Shown here: piece after piece, positions 27,879 to 36,776 of the stretch | Layout of the letters: the number at the start of each line of letters is the position of its first letter | How positions within the stretch are numbered: position 1 is the first letter of the stretch | Assembly (NCBI GenBank): GCA_037190965.1 | Contig: JBBCKI010000018.1 | Location: forward strand, 1-64,000 | Source of the DNA: Chthoniobacteraceae bacterium | GTDB lineage: Bacteria > Verrucomicrobiota > Verrucomicrobiia > Chthoniobacterales > Chthoniobacteraceae | Reading direction: 5' to 3' | DNA length: 64,000 nt | Position numbers and translations under genes: made by a program | The notes under the pieces: generated by a model | Database searches by the model: none | Told to the model about the DNA's origin: nothing | Seen by the model: the letters and a program-made list of their open reading frames with translations, nothing else

Positions 27879-29303
27879 ATGAATCTCTCCAACTATCCCT
27901 CCTATCAAGGATTGCCTCCGCTGGCCGGACTGGGCGATCTCAATCAAGCCGTCCAGCCGGGATTGGCGGTCGAAGAGTGCGTCAAACGTCTCAAGCGTTT
28001 TCACTACGCATTATGGCGGATCCACCAGATCTGCACGGCTCATATCACGGCGGAGCCGATTTATGAGCTCAAGATGGCGTTCAGTTTGCATGCCCATCTG
28101 GCGGCGGAGAATGATACTAATTTTCGCACGAGAATTGGCGAGATGCGCGAACCCCCGCTTGGGTTGCAGAAGATTCCGCACCCCGCGATCGCTGTCTTTT
28201 TCGATGAAATTCTGGGAACGCCCTCCACGAGCGAGCGGCTGCTGGGGCTTTATGAAAAGGCGCTTCCGGCCTTGTGCGAGGCTTTGCAACGCTATATCGC
28301 ACAAACTCACCTCCTGGCCGATGCCCCTTCCATCCGGCTTTGTAGAATCGCCTTGATGGATTGTGAGCAAATCCGTGGCTATGGGGAGCGGGCTATCGCC
28401 TGTCTGGTTACGAGCGAGGATCGCGAGCAGGCCGCCCAATGGCTGGCTTTGCTCGACGTCTGCCTGGCATCCGCGGGCGGGCTCGATGGCAGTGGCAATA
28501 TTCTGGAGGGTCGGGAACCGATGCGGCACTATTCATGCAAGCCGTACCGGTTTGATGGCAGGCCACGGCGCGACGCCCGGTTTCCCGACCCCTACAACAT
28601 GGGAGTCAACGCCGAAGCGTTTCTTTACGATGAGACAAAACCGGCCGGTCCAAAGGTGCTGATGATGTTTTACAAGCGGCTCAGGGAAATCGATGTGCCC
28701 GAGATGATGGCGAGCATCATTTCGGAAACGGATGGGAAGCCGTGGGGGTACTATCGCGATATGAGCCGTCAGCTTTGGGACGAGGCGCGTCACGCCATGA
28801 TGGGGGAGGTCGGCTTTGCCAGCCTCGGGCTTGACTGGTCCAAGCTGGTGAGGGTGAACTTCACCTGGTCGATGGGGCTCAATACGCAACTGAAGCCGAA
28901 GGAACGTCATGCGGTGCTCTATTTCATCGAGCAGGGGTTGATGCCGAAGACCGGGAAGCGTCACGAATGGGAGGTCAGCCGTGATGCCGGTTATCCCCTG
29001 GCGGTTACGTTTCAGGATTTCGATTGGGCTGACGAAGTGCTTCATGCCCGCGTGGGGCGGGATTGGTATGTTGCCGATATGCCGGGAGCCAGCGAGGCCA
29101 TCGACTATGGCGACCGATGCTGGAGCAAGGTCCTTGCAGGGTGGAGGGAGTGGAAGGAGCATGGGTTGACCGAGCATGCCAACTGGTGGCCGGGTTTGTA
29201 TGCCGCCTGGTGCGAAGGCAGGGGCGTTATGCCCGACCCCGATGTGTTGGCCTACAACACGAGTTACGAAGAGAAGCGGGCCGATCTCAAGGAGATGGCC
29301 TAA
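27879..29303 (+). CDS. Putative ferritin-like/heme-oxygenase-like di-iron protein (DUF455-like)
   Basis: Helical protein with REID, WDEARH, IEQG, ADEVLH carboxylate/His motifs. Start at MNLSNY. Confidence 0.55.
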   Translation: MNLSNYPSYQGLPPLAGLGDLNQAVQPGLAVEECVKRLKRFHYALWRIHQICTAHITAEPIYELKMAFSLHAHLAAENDTNFRTRIGEMREPPLGLQKIPHPAIAVFFDEILGTPSTSERLLGLYEKALPALCEALQRYIAQTHLLADAPSIRLCRIALMDCEQIRGYGERAIACLVTSEDREQAAQWLALLDVCLASAGGLDGSGNILEGREPMRHYSCKPYRFDGRPRRDARFPDPYNMGVNAEAFLYDETKPAGPKVLMMFYKRLREIDVPEMMASIISETDGKPWGYYRDMSRQLWDEARHAMMGEVGFASLGLDWSKLVRVNFTWSMGLNTQLKPKERHAVLYFIEQGLMPKTGKRHEWEVSRDAGYPLAVTFQDFDWADEVLHARVGRDWYVADMPGASEAIDYGDRCWSKVLAGWREWKEHGLTEHANWWPGLYAAWCEGRGVMPDPDVLAYNTSYEEKRADLKEMA

Positions 29304-29318
29304 GTCCGAACGAAAAAG

Positions 29319-29362
29319 GTCGCGGCGGCGAGGACTCCCCCAATCCCCGCCGCCACGATTTT
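29319..29362 (+). terminator. Intrinsic terminator-like hairpin
   Basis: GTCGCGGCGGCG...CGCCGCCACGAT followed by TTT just after the stop at 29303. Confidence 0.55.
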
Positions 29363-29567
29363 ACATCTCCAGAGGAATTCCGCCTTCTTGCCGGTTCGGG
29401 GATTGGACCATTTTGTGAGAGGCGATGAATTCCATTGATTACAACTAGATGTCGGGAATCGCCCCTCGGCTGGACGGGGGTGAGGCGGTGTTTCCGCATT
29501 TTTCTGAAAATTTCGTCTTTGGGTTAAACGCTTCACCGCGTCAGCCGGCGAGTTACCGATTTAGCGA

Positions 29568-29619
29568 CGGAGTCGATACCCGCGCTCGACGGCGCGAGCG
29601 GACTACCCGTGCTGCCGCA
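29568..29619 (-). repeat. Family A REP copy
   Basis: GATACCCGCGCTCGACGGCGCGAGCGGACTAC..GCTGCCGCA, reverse complement of the 7868-7920 copy. Confidence 0.85.
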
Positions 29620-29668
29620 CGATTCAATGGAGGCGCCCGCTGTATCAATTGGGGGCGGTTCTTCGCCA

Positions 29669-29696
29669 TTGACGCATTGGCTCACGGCGATAACAT
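29669..29696 (+). promoter_or_regulatory. Sigma70-like promoter
   Basis: TTGACG-N16-TAACAT, 9 nt before the ATG at 29706. Confidence 0.5.
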
Positions 29697-29705
29697 GATT
29701 CCGGC

Positions 29706-29885
29706 ATGGCTCTCCTCCGAAAACTCTTTTGGGTCGCGATTTTTTTGATCTCGACGCTAAGCTTCGTCGTTCTTTTCGAGCACGGACCGGACAAGTTTAC
29801 CGAAAATCTCGGTAAACAGGTGGAGGATTTTTATAAGTTCGCCGAAGAGTTATTGACCCCTCCAAAAACGGAGAAAGGTGCTTAG
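29706..29885 (+). CDS. Small single-pass membrane protein (59 aa)
   Basis: Manually translated: MALLRKLFWVAIFLISTLSFVVLFEHGPDKFTENLGKQVEDFYKFAEELLTPPKTEKGA*. Missed by the ORF track. Confidence 0.7.
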   Translation: MALLRKLFWVAIFLISTLSFVVLFEHGPDKFTENLGKQVEDFYKFAEELLTPPKTEKGA

Positions 29886-30038
29886 CCTGAGCTTTTTATG
29901 CCGGCGGCGGTGTTTCCGGGCATTCGGCACCGGGAATCCGTTGCAAACCTTCCGGGGCGGGTGTTATTTTTAAGGTCCCCCTTTGTAAGCCGACTATTGT
30001 AAGCCGATCATCCCCAGCATTCTTCTTCATTCCCCCAT

Positions 30039-31433
30039 ATGGCCATCAAGACAGAAAAAGAACTCTCCGCCAACGCCCGAGGCCTTTGGCTCAAAGCCAT
30101 GACCGCCGTTGAGCTTCGCAACTACGGCTACGCTGTTTCACTTCTTCAGACGGTGTTGAAGGAAACCCCGGAATTTCTCGAGGGGCGCAAAGTTTTGAGA
30201 AAGGCCGAGATCGCCAATACCAAAGGCAAGAAGAGCATGTTCGGCGGTTTTTCCGCCCAGGGGTTGAAGGGAGCCCAGCTTTTGAAGAAAGATCCCGCCG
30301 CTGCGATGGAGTTGGCGGAAAAGATGCTGGAGACCGATCCTTACGGCGGCCCGGGTAATCACCTCCTCAAGGATGCCGCAATTGCCTTGGGGCAAACTGA
30401 AACGGCCGTTTTCGCTCTGCAAACGCTCGCGGAGGGCGACCCAAAGGACACCAAGGCGCTCCACGAACTGGGGGAGCTTTTCTACAAGAACGGCGAGGCC
30501 GACAAAGCCGGCAGCGTCTACACCAAGATTCTCGAAATCACCCCAACCGATCTGATCGCCGTCAAGCGGGCGAAAGATTCCGCCGCCGCCAATACGATGA
30601 AATCCGGCGGTTGGGAGACGGCGAAGGATTATCGCGACCTGATCAAGAACAAGGAAGAGGCGATCTCCCTGGAGCAGAAAAATCGCGTGGTCAAAAGCGA
30701 CGAGATGATCGTCCAGCAGCTTGCGGAGTTGCATCAGCAGGCCGAGCGCGAACCGCAGAATGTCGATCTTGCCCGCCGCATCGCCGGGCTTTACGAACAG
30801 CAAGGGGATCTCGACAACGCCATCGCCTGGTATCAGTACGCCAGCGATCTTTCCAAAGGCACGGACAACTGGCTGCTCCGCAAGGTCTCCGATCTGGAAC
30901 TCAAGCAGGTCGAGAACGGGATCAAGGAGCGCGAGGAGTGGCTCGCCGTCGCGGGCGATGAGCACGAGGAAAGCGCCCGTATTCGTGGAGAGCTCGAGGC
31001 GATGAAGAATTCGAAGAACGAGAAGCTGATCGACGAAGCCCGCAAGCGTGTCGAGCGCAACCCCACCGATCTCCAGTTCCGCTTTGAACTCGGCGAGCAG
31101 TTGATGGGCGCGGGCGACTTTACCGCCGCGATTCCGGAGCTTCAAAAGGCTAGGAACAACCCGAACGTCCGCCTCAAGGCGATGAACTTCCTCGGCCAGT
31201 GTTATGTGGGCAAAGGGATGATTGACCTTGCCGTGAAGACTTTCACCGACGCCGCCGCCGAGATCCTGGAGATGGATGCCACCAAGAAGGACATCCTTTA
31301 CAAACTCGGCCTTGCCTACGAGAAGCTGGAGCAGAAGGAGAAGGCGCTCGACTGCTTCAAACAGATTTACGAAGTCGACTACGGCTATCTTGACGTCGCG
31401 CAGCGCGTGGAGAGCAGCTATGGGTCGAGTTAG
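30039..31433 (+). CDS. Tetratricopeptide-repeat protein
   Basis: Multiple TPR helices (ALHELGELFY, IAGLYEQQGDLDNAIAWY, LYKLGLAYE); C-terminus IYEVDYGYLDVAQRVE. Confidence 0.85.
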   Translation: MAIKTEKELSANARGLWLKAMTAVELRNYGYAVSLLQTVLKETPEFLEGRKVLRKAEIANTKGKKSMFGGFSAQGLKGAQLLKKDPAAAMELAEKMLETDPYGGPGNHLLKDAAIALGQTETAVFALQTLAEGDPKDTKALHELGELFYKNGEADKAGSVYTKILEITPTDLIAVKRAKDSAAANTMKSGGWETAKDYRDLIKNKEEAISLEQKNRVVKSDEMIVQQLAELHQQAEREPQNVDLARRIAGLYEQQGDLDNAIAWYQYASDLSKGTDNWLLRKVSDLELKQVENGIKEREEWLAVAGDEHEESARIRGELEAMKNSKNEKLIDEARKRVERNPTDLQFRFELGEQLMGAGDFTAAIPELQKARNNPNVRLKAMNFLGQCYVGKGMIDLAVKTFTDAAAEILEMDATKKDILYKLGLAYEKLEQKEKALDCFKQIYEVDYGYLDVAQRVESSYGSS

Positions 31434-31524
31434 ACCTAATTTTACAATCACCAAGGCTGGCTGACGGTTTTTGGGTGATGGAGCGGGCCGGCCGGAAAAC
31501 AACCCCAACCTGTTTCATTCCCCC

Positions 31525-33429
31525 ATGATTCATCAGGAACCGAGCCCCGGATTGTTCGCCTCCCAAAAGCGGGAGGCTCCCTATGTTATTGCCGCACTTG
31601 CGGTTGTGCTTCTCGCAGGAGCCGTCGGTCTTTACCCGGCGGCGAAGTTGGGCTGGGCCGGGGTGGCCTGCTTCGCTTTCCTGCTGACGGCGGGCGGTTT
31701 TCTCTTCGTCCTGGCGATCCTGATGATGAGGCGGCACCGGTTCTTGCAGACGTCACGGTTTCACGCTCTGGAAAACGACCGGCTCGCCTTGCAGGTGGAG
31801 GAGGCGCAGGTCAACTATCAGTCGATCTTCAACAACGCCGCGCAAGGGATCTTCCAAAGTACTCCTGAAGGGAGCTTCATTACGGCCAATCCCGCCCTTG
31901 CCAAAATGTTCGGGATGGAGGATCCCGAAGAATTGATCAATGCCATGTCGGGTTGGCCTGCGCGGCATTTCCTTTCCGACCAGGTTCGCTGGGCGGAGAT
32001 GGTCCAGTATCTCCTTTGGCAGGATAGCGTGGCGGAGTTCGAGGCTGAAGCCGTGCGCAAAGATGGGCGCACTCTCTGGATTTCGCAGAATGTCCACGCC
32101 GTCTGGGATGAGAATGACGAAATGCTTTATCTGGAAGGGACGATCTTCGACGTGACGGAACGCCATTGGGCGGAATGCCGTCGGGCGCTTCAGGTCTCCG
32201 CCACTCGCATTCTGGATGAGGCGGCTTCGGTTGCCGAGGCTCGCCCCCGGATTCTGGAAGCGATCTGCGAGCTTCTCGATTGGGAAGTTGGGGCGGTCTG
32301 GGAGGTGGCGATGACGGACAACGTCCTCCGGTGTGTCGAAATCTGGCACCGCCCCGGAATCGACATTGCTGAGTTTGAGGACGCGTCGCTGGAGACCGGG
32401 TTCACGCCGGGAATGCGTCTGGCAGGCAAAGTCTGGCAGACCGGCGAGCCAGCCTGGGTGGTTAACTTTTCCGAACAGGAGTTTTCCGCGAATGCTCTCG
32501 TCGCGGCCCGTTATGGGATGAACTCCGCTTTCGGCATCCCGATCAAAGTCGGCGGTGAGGTGTTGCAGGTTCTGGAGTTTTTTAGCCCACGCGCGACCGA
32601 GCCCGATCCGGAACTGCTTCAGATGCTCGGCGTGGTGGCCAGCCAGATCGGACATTTGGTGGAGCGGAAGCTGGCCGAGGAGGCCCTGCGCGATACGGTG
32701 ATCCGCAAGGAGGCCATTTTAGAGTCGGCTCTCGACGCGATGGTCACGTTCGACCACGAGGGAAAAATCGTCGAATGGAACCCGGCGGCGGAGCGGACAT
32801 TCGGGCATCGCAAGGCCGACGTGCTGGGGAGTCGGCTGGTGGATTTGATTCTTCCCGAGTCCGCCCGTTGCGCCCTCGGTGGCGGCCTTCCTATTTACAA
32901 CGCCGGGCTCTCCTTTGGGCGGCGTTCGGAGATCGTTGCGCTTCGGCAGGATGGGCAGGAGTTTCCAGCGGAAATTGCCATCGCCCGGGCGCAGCTTCAG
33001 GGCAAACCTCTTTATACCGCGTACGTGCGGGATCTCACGGAGTTGCGTCGCGCCGAGCGATGCCGCCACGAGCTGGCGGCGGTGCTCGAAGCGACCCACG
33101 ATGCCGTCTTCAGCGCCACCCTTGATGGCGTCGTGCTTTCCTGGAATGCCGGGGCGGAGCGGCTCTTCGGGTACGCGGAGCGGGAGATGATCGGGCGTCC
33201 CGCCAGTCTTCTCATGCCGCCGGAGCGGCAGGAGGCGTTTTGCCGCGAGTTGGGAGAATTGCGCCAGGGCAAAATCGTGCGCGATCTCGAATGCGATTGC
33301 CTCGCGAAAAGCGGCGAGCGGATCGCGGTTTTATTGACAGAAGCGCCGATGCATTCAGGGCAGGGCGGGCTCAGCGGGCGGGGCGGTGCCACCGGGATGG
33401 TGGGCGTCGTGCGGCGGTCCATCACGTGA
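31525..33429 (+). CDS. Membrane PAS-GAF-PAS-PAS sensor lacking an output domain
   Basis: Two TMs; PAS (IFNNAAQGIF...ANPA), GAF (LAGKVW..GEP, FGIPI), PAS (WNPAAERTFG), PAS (WNAGAERLFGY); then stop. Confidence 0.8.
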   Translation: MIHQEPSPGLFASQKREAPYVIAALAVVLLAGAVGLYPAAKLGWAGVACFAFLLTAGGFLFVLAILMMRRHRFLQTSRFHALENDRLALQVEEAQVNYQSIFNNAAQGIFQSTPEGSFITANPALAKMFGMEDPEELINAMSGWPARHFLSDQVRWAEMVQYLLWQDSVAEFEAEAVRKDGRTLWISQNVHAVWDENDEMLYLEGTIFDVTERHWAECRRALQVSATRILDEAASVAEARPRILEAICELLDWEVGAVWEVAMTDNVLRCVEIWHRPGIDIAEFEDASLETGFTPGMRLAGKVWQTGEPAWVVNFSEQEFSANALVAARYGMNSAFGIPIKVGGEVLQVLEFFSPRATEPDPELLQMLGVVASQIGHLVERKLAEEALRDTVIRKEAILESALDAMVTFDHEGKIVEWNPAAERTFGHRKADVLGSRLVDLILPESARCALGGGLPIYNAGLSFGRRSEIVALRQDGQEFPAEIAIARAQLQGKPLYTAYVRDLTELRRAERCRHELAAVLEATHDAVFSATLDGVVLSWNAGAERLFGYAEREMIGRPASLLMPPERQEAFCRELGELRQGKIVRDLECDCLAKSGERIAVLLTEAPMHSGQGGLSGRGGATGMVGVVRRSIT

Positions 33430-33496
33430 TAGAAAGACATCAAAATGACCCGCTTGCGGCATCGCTCGTTTTAATCAGCGGTTCCTCTAACGGAGG

Positions 33497-33769
33497 TCAG
33501 TTGCGTTTGAAGTCTGGTGAGCCAATGAATTTCTCGACAATCTCCTTCTCGGGAAAGAGGTCTTGAACCGGCGTGTGTAACACTCTGGCGAGCATAAACA
33601 GTTCACAATCTGCAACCCACCGCAGTTGCGCTTCGATCTTCGCCAACGAAGTCCGGCTAACGTCCCAGCCCGCACGCTGCAACTGAGTCGCCATGACCTC
33701 TTGGGTCATGCCCTTTTCGTGTCGAAGCCTTCTAACCTGAGGCCCAATTACATTTCGAATAGTTTTCAT
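33497..33769 (-). CDS. XRE-family HTH regulator
   Basis: NVIGPQVRRLR...MTQE..A..LQ...VSRTSLAKIE...RWVADCEL. Confidence 0.88.
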   Translation of the reverse strand: MKTIRNVIGPQVRRLRHEKGMTQEVMATQLQRAGWDVSRTSLAKIEAQLRWVADCELFMLARVLHTPVQDLFPEKEIVEKFIGSPDFKRN

Positions 33770-33833
33770 GTTCCCGGACAGGAACTTGACACTACGGCAC
33801 GACTTTGGTTTTCTTGTTCTTGATCAAGAACAA
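33769..33833. promoter_or_regulatory. Two TGTTC-N8-GAAC operator-like sites upstream of the XRE gene
   Basis: Perfect 20-bp palindrome TTGTTCTTGATCAAGAACAA (33814-33833) and TGTTCCCGGACAGGAACT (33769-33786). Confidence 0.6.
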
Positions 33834-34477
33834 ATTTTAACCCGCGAATCTTCGGGTTTCAAACCTCACACAGGAGTCGAACCATAAACTTAAGCCACGC
33901 GATGAGGGCCGTAGGTTCGCCTCCTCCATACGAAATAGCGCGTGGGGGAGTGCGAATCGGCCGTCTAAGGCCCAAGAGGAGCACTGCGACCCTTTCTCGT
34001 AACTATTGAGTTCCATCCGCAATCGACTCATCGACTGCGCGCCATCCGAAGGCCCTGGGTTCGCTCCCTTCACGCTACTTCTTGCGTGGGGGGATGCGAA
34101 CCGTGCGTTGGCGCATGAAACCGCTCTACGCGATGAAACCACACAGGGGGTCAGGCTCCCAGGTGACACTTGACAGAGCTTTGTTAAACACTTGAGGCCC
34201 TTTTGGCTTGCTCCTAATGAAGCTGGACCAGTAAGGCTCAGCCAGTTTGGCAAGAATCGAGCTCAAGGTAATCGGTTACCGCTCCAACGGTAATCTTGAA
34301 GGTAGTCCCTGACACTCAATTGGCACCCTTGTACTCTTGTCTATGGACATGACGGGTTTTCCGGCGGATTGACTCGCTCTCCACCGGTGGAGCGATAGGG
34401 GGCGGAAAGAGAGGCCGGGATCACGCGCAAATTGCCTCTGCCGGACGATTTTATGAAACGTTGGTGTACGCCGTTTC

Positions 34478-36745
34478 ATGAAACTCTGGAGTCTCCGGGC
34501 AAAACTGATGGCGCTGATTTTGCTGGCGCTTCTTCCTGTCATTGCCCTGGAGATCAACGCCGCGCGAGAGGCGAGGCTTCGCGCGGACGCGGAAGTGGTG
34601 GCGGAAGCGCAGCGCCTTGCAAGGTTGGTGGCGTTCAATCAGCAGAGAATTTTTGAAACCTCCCAGCAACTCCTGATCACCCTGGCGCATGTCGACAGCC
34701 TGCGCGATCCTGGCGGCCAGGAAGAATGCAGGGCTTTGTTGCTTAACCTTCTGCATCTGAATCCGCTTTATGCGAACCTCGGGGCGATCGATGCCGAGGG
34801 AAATGTCATTTGTAGCGCACTGAAGCTTCCTGCCCCCCTCAGTGTCGCGCAACAAGCCTATTTCAAGAAGGTGAGCTCAGGGCAAGCCATCGCTGCCGGC
34901 GATTTTGGAGCAGGGGAGGAGGTGGCCCTGAAAAAGGCGCTTGTTCTGGCCTCTCCCATCATCGATTCGGATACGAAAAAATTTCTGGGGGCGGTCTTTG
35001 TGGCCCTCGACCTCAAGGCGGCGAGTGAGTTCAGCGCCGACGTGATGCTCCCCCCCGGGGCAACGGTCCTGGTGATCACCGACACCCACCGGCTTCTCCT
35101 GCGGTATCCCGATCCGGAGCAATGGGTGGGCAAACCGTCGGAGTTGCCTGAGTCGATCCCGCCCGGAGGGCACGAGGGTGAGGTGACGGTGACGGAGGGG
35201 GGAGTGGAGCGTCTTTATGTTGTCAAAAGGCTCAATCTTACGGCCACGCGTCATTTTGACGTCGCGGTGGGGCTCGACAGGAGCCATGCCTACGCGCCGT
35301 TCCGTGCGGCATTGCGGCGTCAGCTTTTCGTGATGATCGGCATTGCAACCAGTGCGCTGGCGCTGGCCTGGTTGCTGGGGAGCTCCTTTATTGTGCGGCC
35401 CGCCCGGCATCTCGTCAACGTGGCGCGATCGGTAAGCCGGGGGGATCTCAAAGTTCGCAGCGCGCTGCCCCCGGAGACGGGGGAATTCGGTGAGATCGGC
35501 GGGGCGTTCAATCAGATGGCCGATGCGCTGGAGCGTCGGATCGACGAACTGAACGGCGTGCAGCAGGAGCTGCGGCAGGCGCACGATGAGCTTGAATCCC
35601 GGGTGGAACGACGCACGGAGGAACTGAACCTCGCGCGTGAGAGGCTGGTGGACGCCATCGAGAACATTGACGCCGGGTTCGTCATGTTTGGGCCGGACGA
35701 ACGGTTGGTGGTCGCCAACAGGACTTTTCGCGAGATGTATTCCAATTGCGCCTTTGTGATTCGCCCCGGGGTGACTTTTGAGGAGATCCTTCGCGAGTTT
35801 GTCCGCACCGACGGGAAGGTGGAGGGGATGACGGATCCCGAAGCCTGGATCGCGGAGCGCCTGGACACTTTGCGAAAGGCCGATGGAACGATTGTGGAGC
35901 AGAAGATCAATGGGCGGTGGTTGAGCGTCAGCGATCATAGGATGCGCGACGGCGGAGTGGTTTCCCTGCGGACCGACGTGACGGAGCGGACGGAGGCGCA
36001 CGCCGCGCTGGAGCGAGCGGCCAGGGAGTTGCAGCGCTCCAATGAGGAACTGGAGCGGTTTGCTTACGTGGCGTCGCATGATCTCCAGGAGCCGTTGCGG
36101 ATGGTGGCCAGCTACACGCAGCTCCTTGCGCGGCGGTACAAGGACAAGCTTGACCAGCCTGCCCAGGAGTTCATTGCCTTTGCGGTGAATGGCGCGGAGC
36201 GGATGCAGGCCTTTATCCAGGATCTTCTTCTCTATTCCCGGGTCGGCACGCGGGGCCGTCCGTTCGAGCGGTTGGAGCTGGGAGGCATTGTTGCCCGGGT
36301 GTTGGAGAATCTCCGGTACTCGATTACGGAGAAAAACGCCGACATCGTGATCGGTGAACTCCCCACAGTGGAGGGCGACCGGCTTCAGCTTACGCAGCTC
36401 TTCCAGAATCTCATCAGCAATGCCTTGAAGTTCAATGCCGACAGGCCGCTGAAGATCGAGGTCAGCGCGAAGCGGCAGGAGGAGGGAGCGGAGGGGGTCT
36501 GGGAGTTCACTGTTCGGGACAATGGCATCGGGCTCGACCCGGAGGATACGGAGCGGATTTTTATAATCTTCCAGCGGCTGCACACGCGGCAGGAGTACGA
36601 AGGCACGGGGATTGGCCTGGCAATCTGCAAAAAAATCGTGGAGCGCCATGGGGGCCGGATATGGGTCGAGTCCCGGAAAGGAGAGGGAGCGGCGTTTCAT
36701 TTCACCATTCCCGAAAGAGAAGAGGAAACGGAGTCCAACCCATGA
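34478..36745 (+). CDS. Sensor histidine kinase (Cache-HAMP-PAS-HisKA-HATPase)
   Basis: TM-Cache-TM-HAMP; FAYVASHDLQEPLR H-box, QNLISNALKF, DNGIG, GTGIGLAICKKIVERHGG. Confidence 0.95.
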   Translation: MKLWSLRAKLMALILLALLPVIALEINAAREARLRADAEVVAEAQRLARLVAFNQQRIFETSQQLLITLAHVDSLRDPGGQEECRALLLNLLHLNPLYANLGAIDAEGNVICSALKLPAPLSVAQQAYFKKVSSGQAIAAGDFGAGEEVALKKALVLASPIIDSDTKKFLGAVFVALDLKAASEFSADVMLPPGATVLVITDTHRLLLRYPDPEQWVGKPSELPESIPPGGHEGEVTVTEGGVERLYVVKRLNLTATRHFDVAVGLDRSHAYAPFRAALRRQLFVMIGIATSALALAWLLGSSFIVRPARHLVNVARSVSRGDLKVRSALPPETGEFGEIGGAFNQMADALERRIDELNGVQQELRQAHDELESRVERRTEELNLARERLVDAIENIDAGFVMFGPDERLVVANRTFREMYSNCAFVIRPGVTFEEILREFVRTDGKVEGMTDPEAWIAERLDTLRKADGTIVEQKINGRWLSVSDHRMRDGGVVSLRTDVTERTEAHAALERAARELQRSNEELERFAYVASHDLQEPLRMVASYTQLLARRYKDKLDQPAQEFIAFAVNGAERMQAFIQDLLLYSRVGTRGRPFERLELGGIVARVLENLRYSITEKNADIVIGELPTVEGDRLQLTQLFQNLISNALKFNADRPLKIEVSAKRQEEGAEGVWEFTVRDNGIGLDPEDTERIFIIFQRLHTRQEYEGTGIGLAICKKIVERHGGRIWVESRKGEGAAFHFTIPEREEETESNP

Positions 36746-36776
36746 AATAGTTGAACCCGAACTCCTGTAAATACCC

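Noticed and set aside
33814..33833. Possible LexA/SOS box
   Set aside because: The verrucomicrobial LexA motif as I recall it is TGTTC-N4-GAACA; spacing here is N8, so it is better explained as an operator of the adjacent XRE.
33837..34253. 138-aa minus ORF and a 35-aa plus ORF at 33902
   Set aside because: No recognisable motifs and atypical composition; left as unexplained non-coding sequence.
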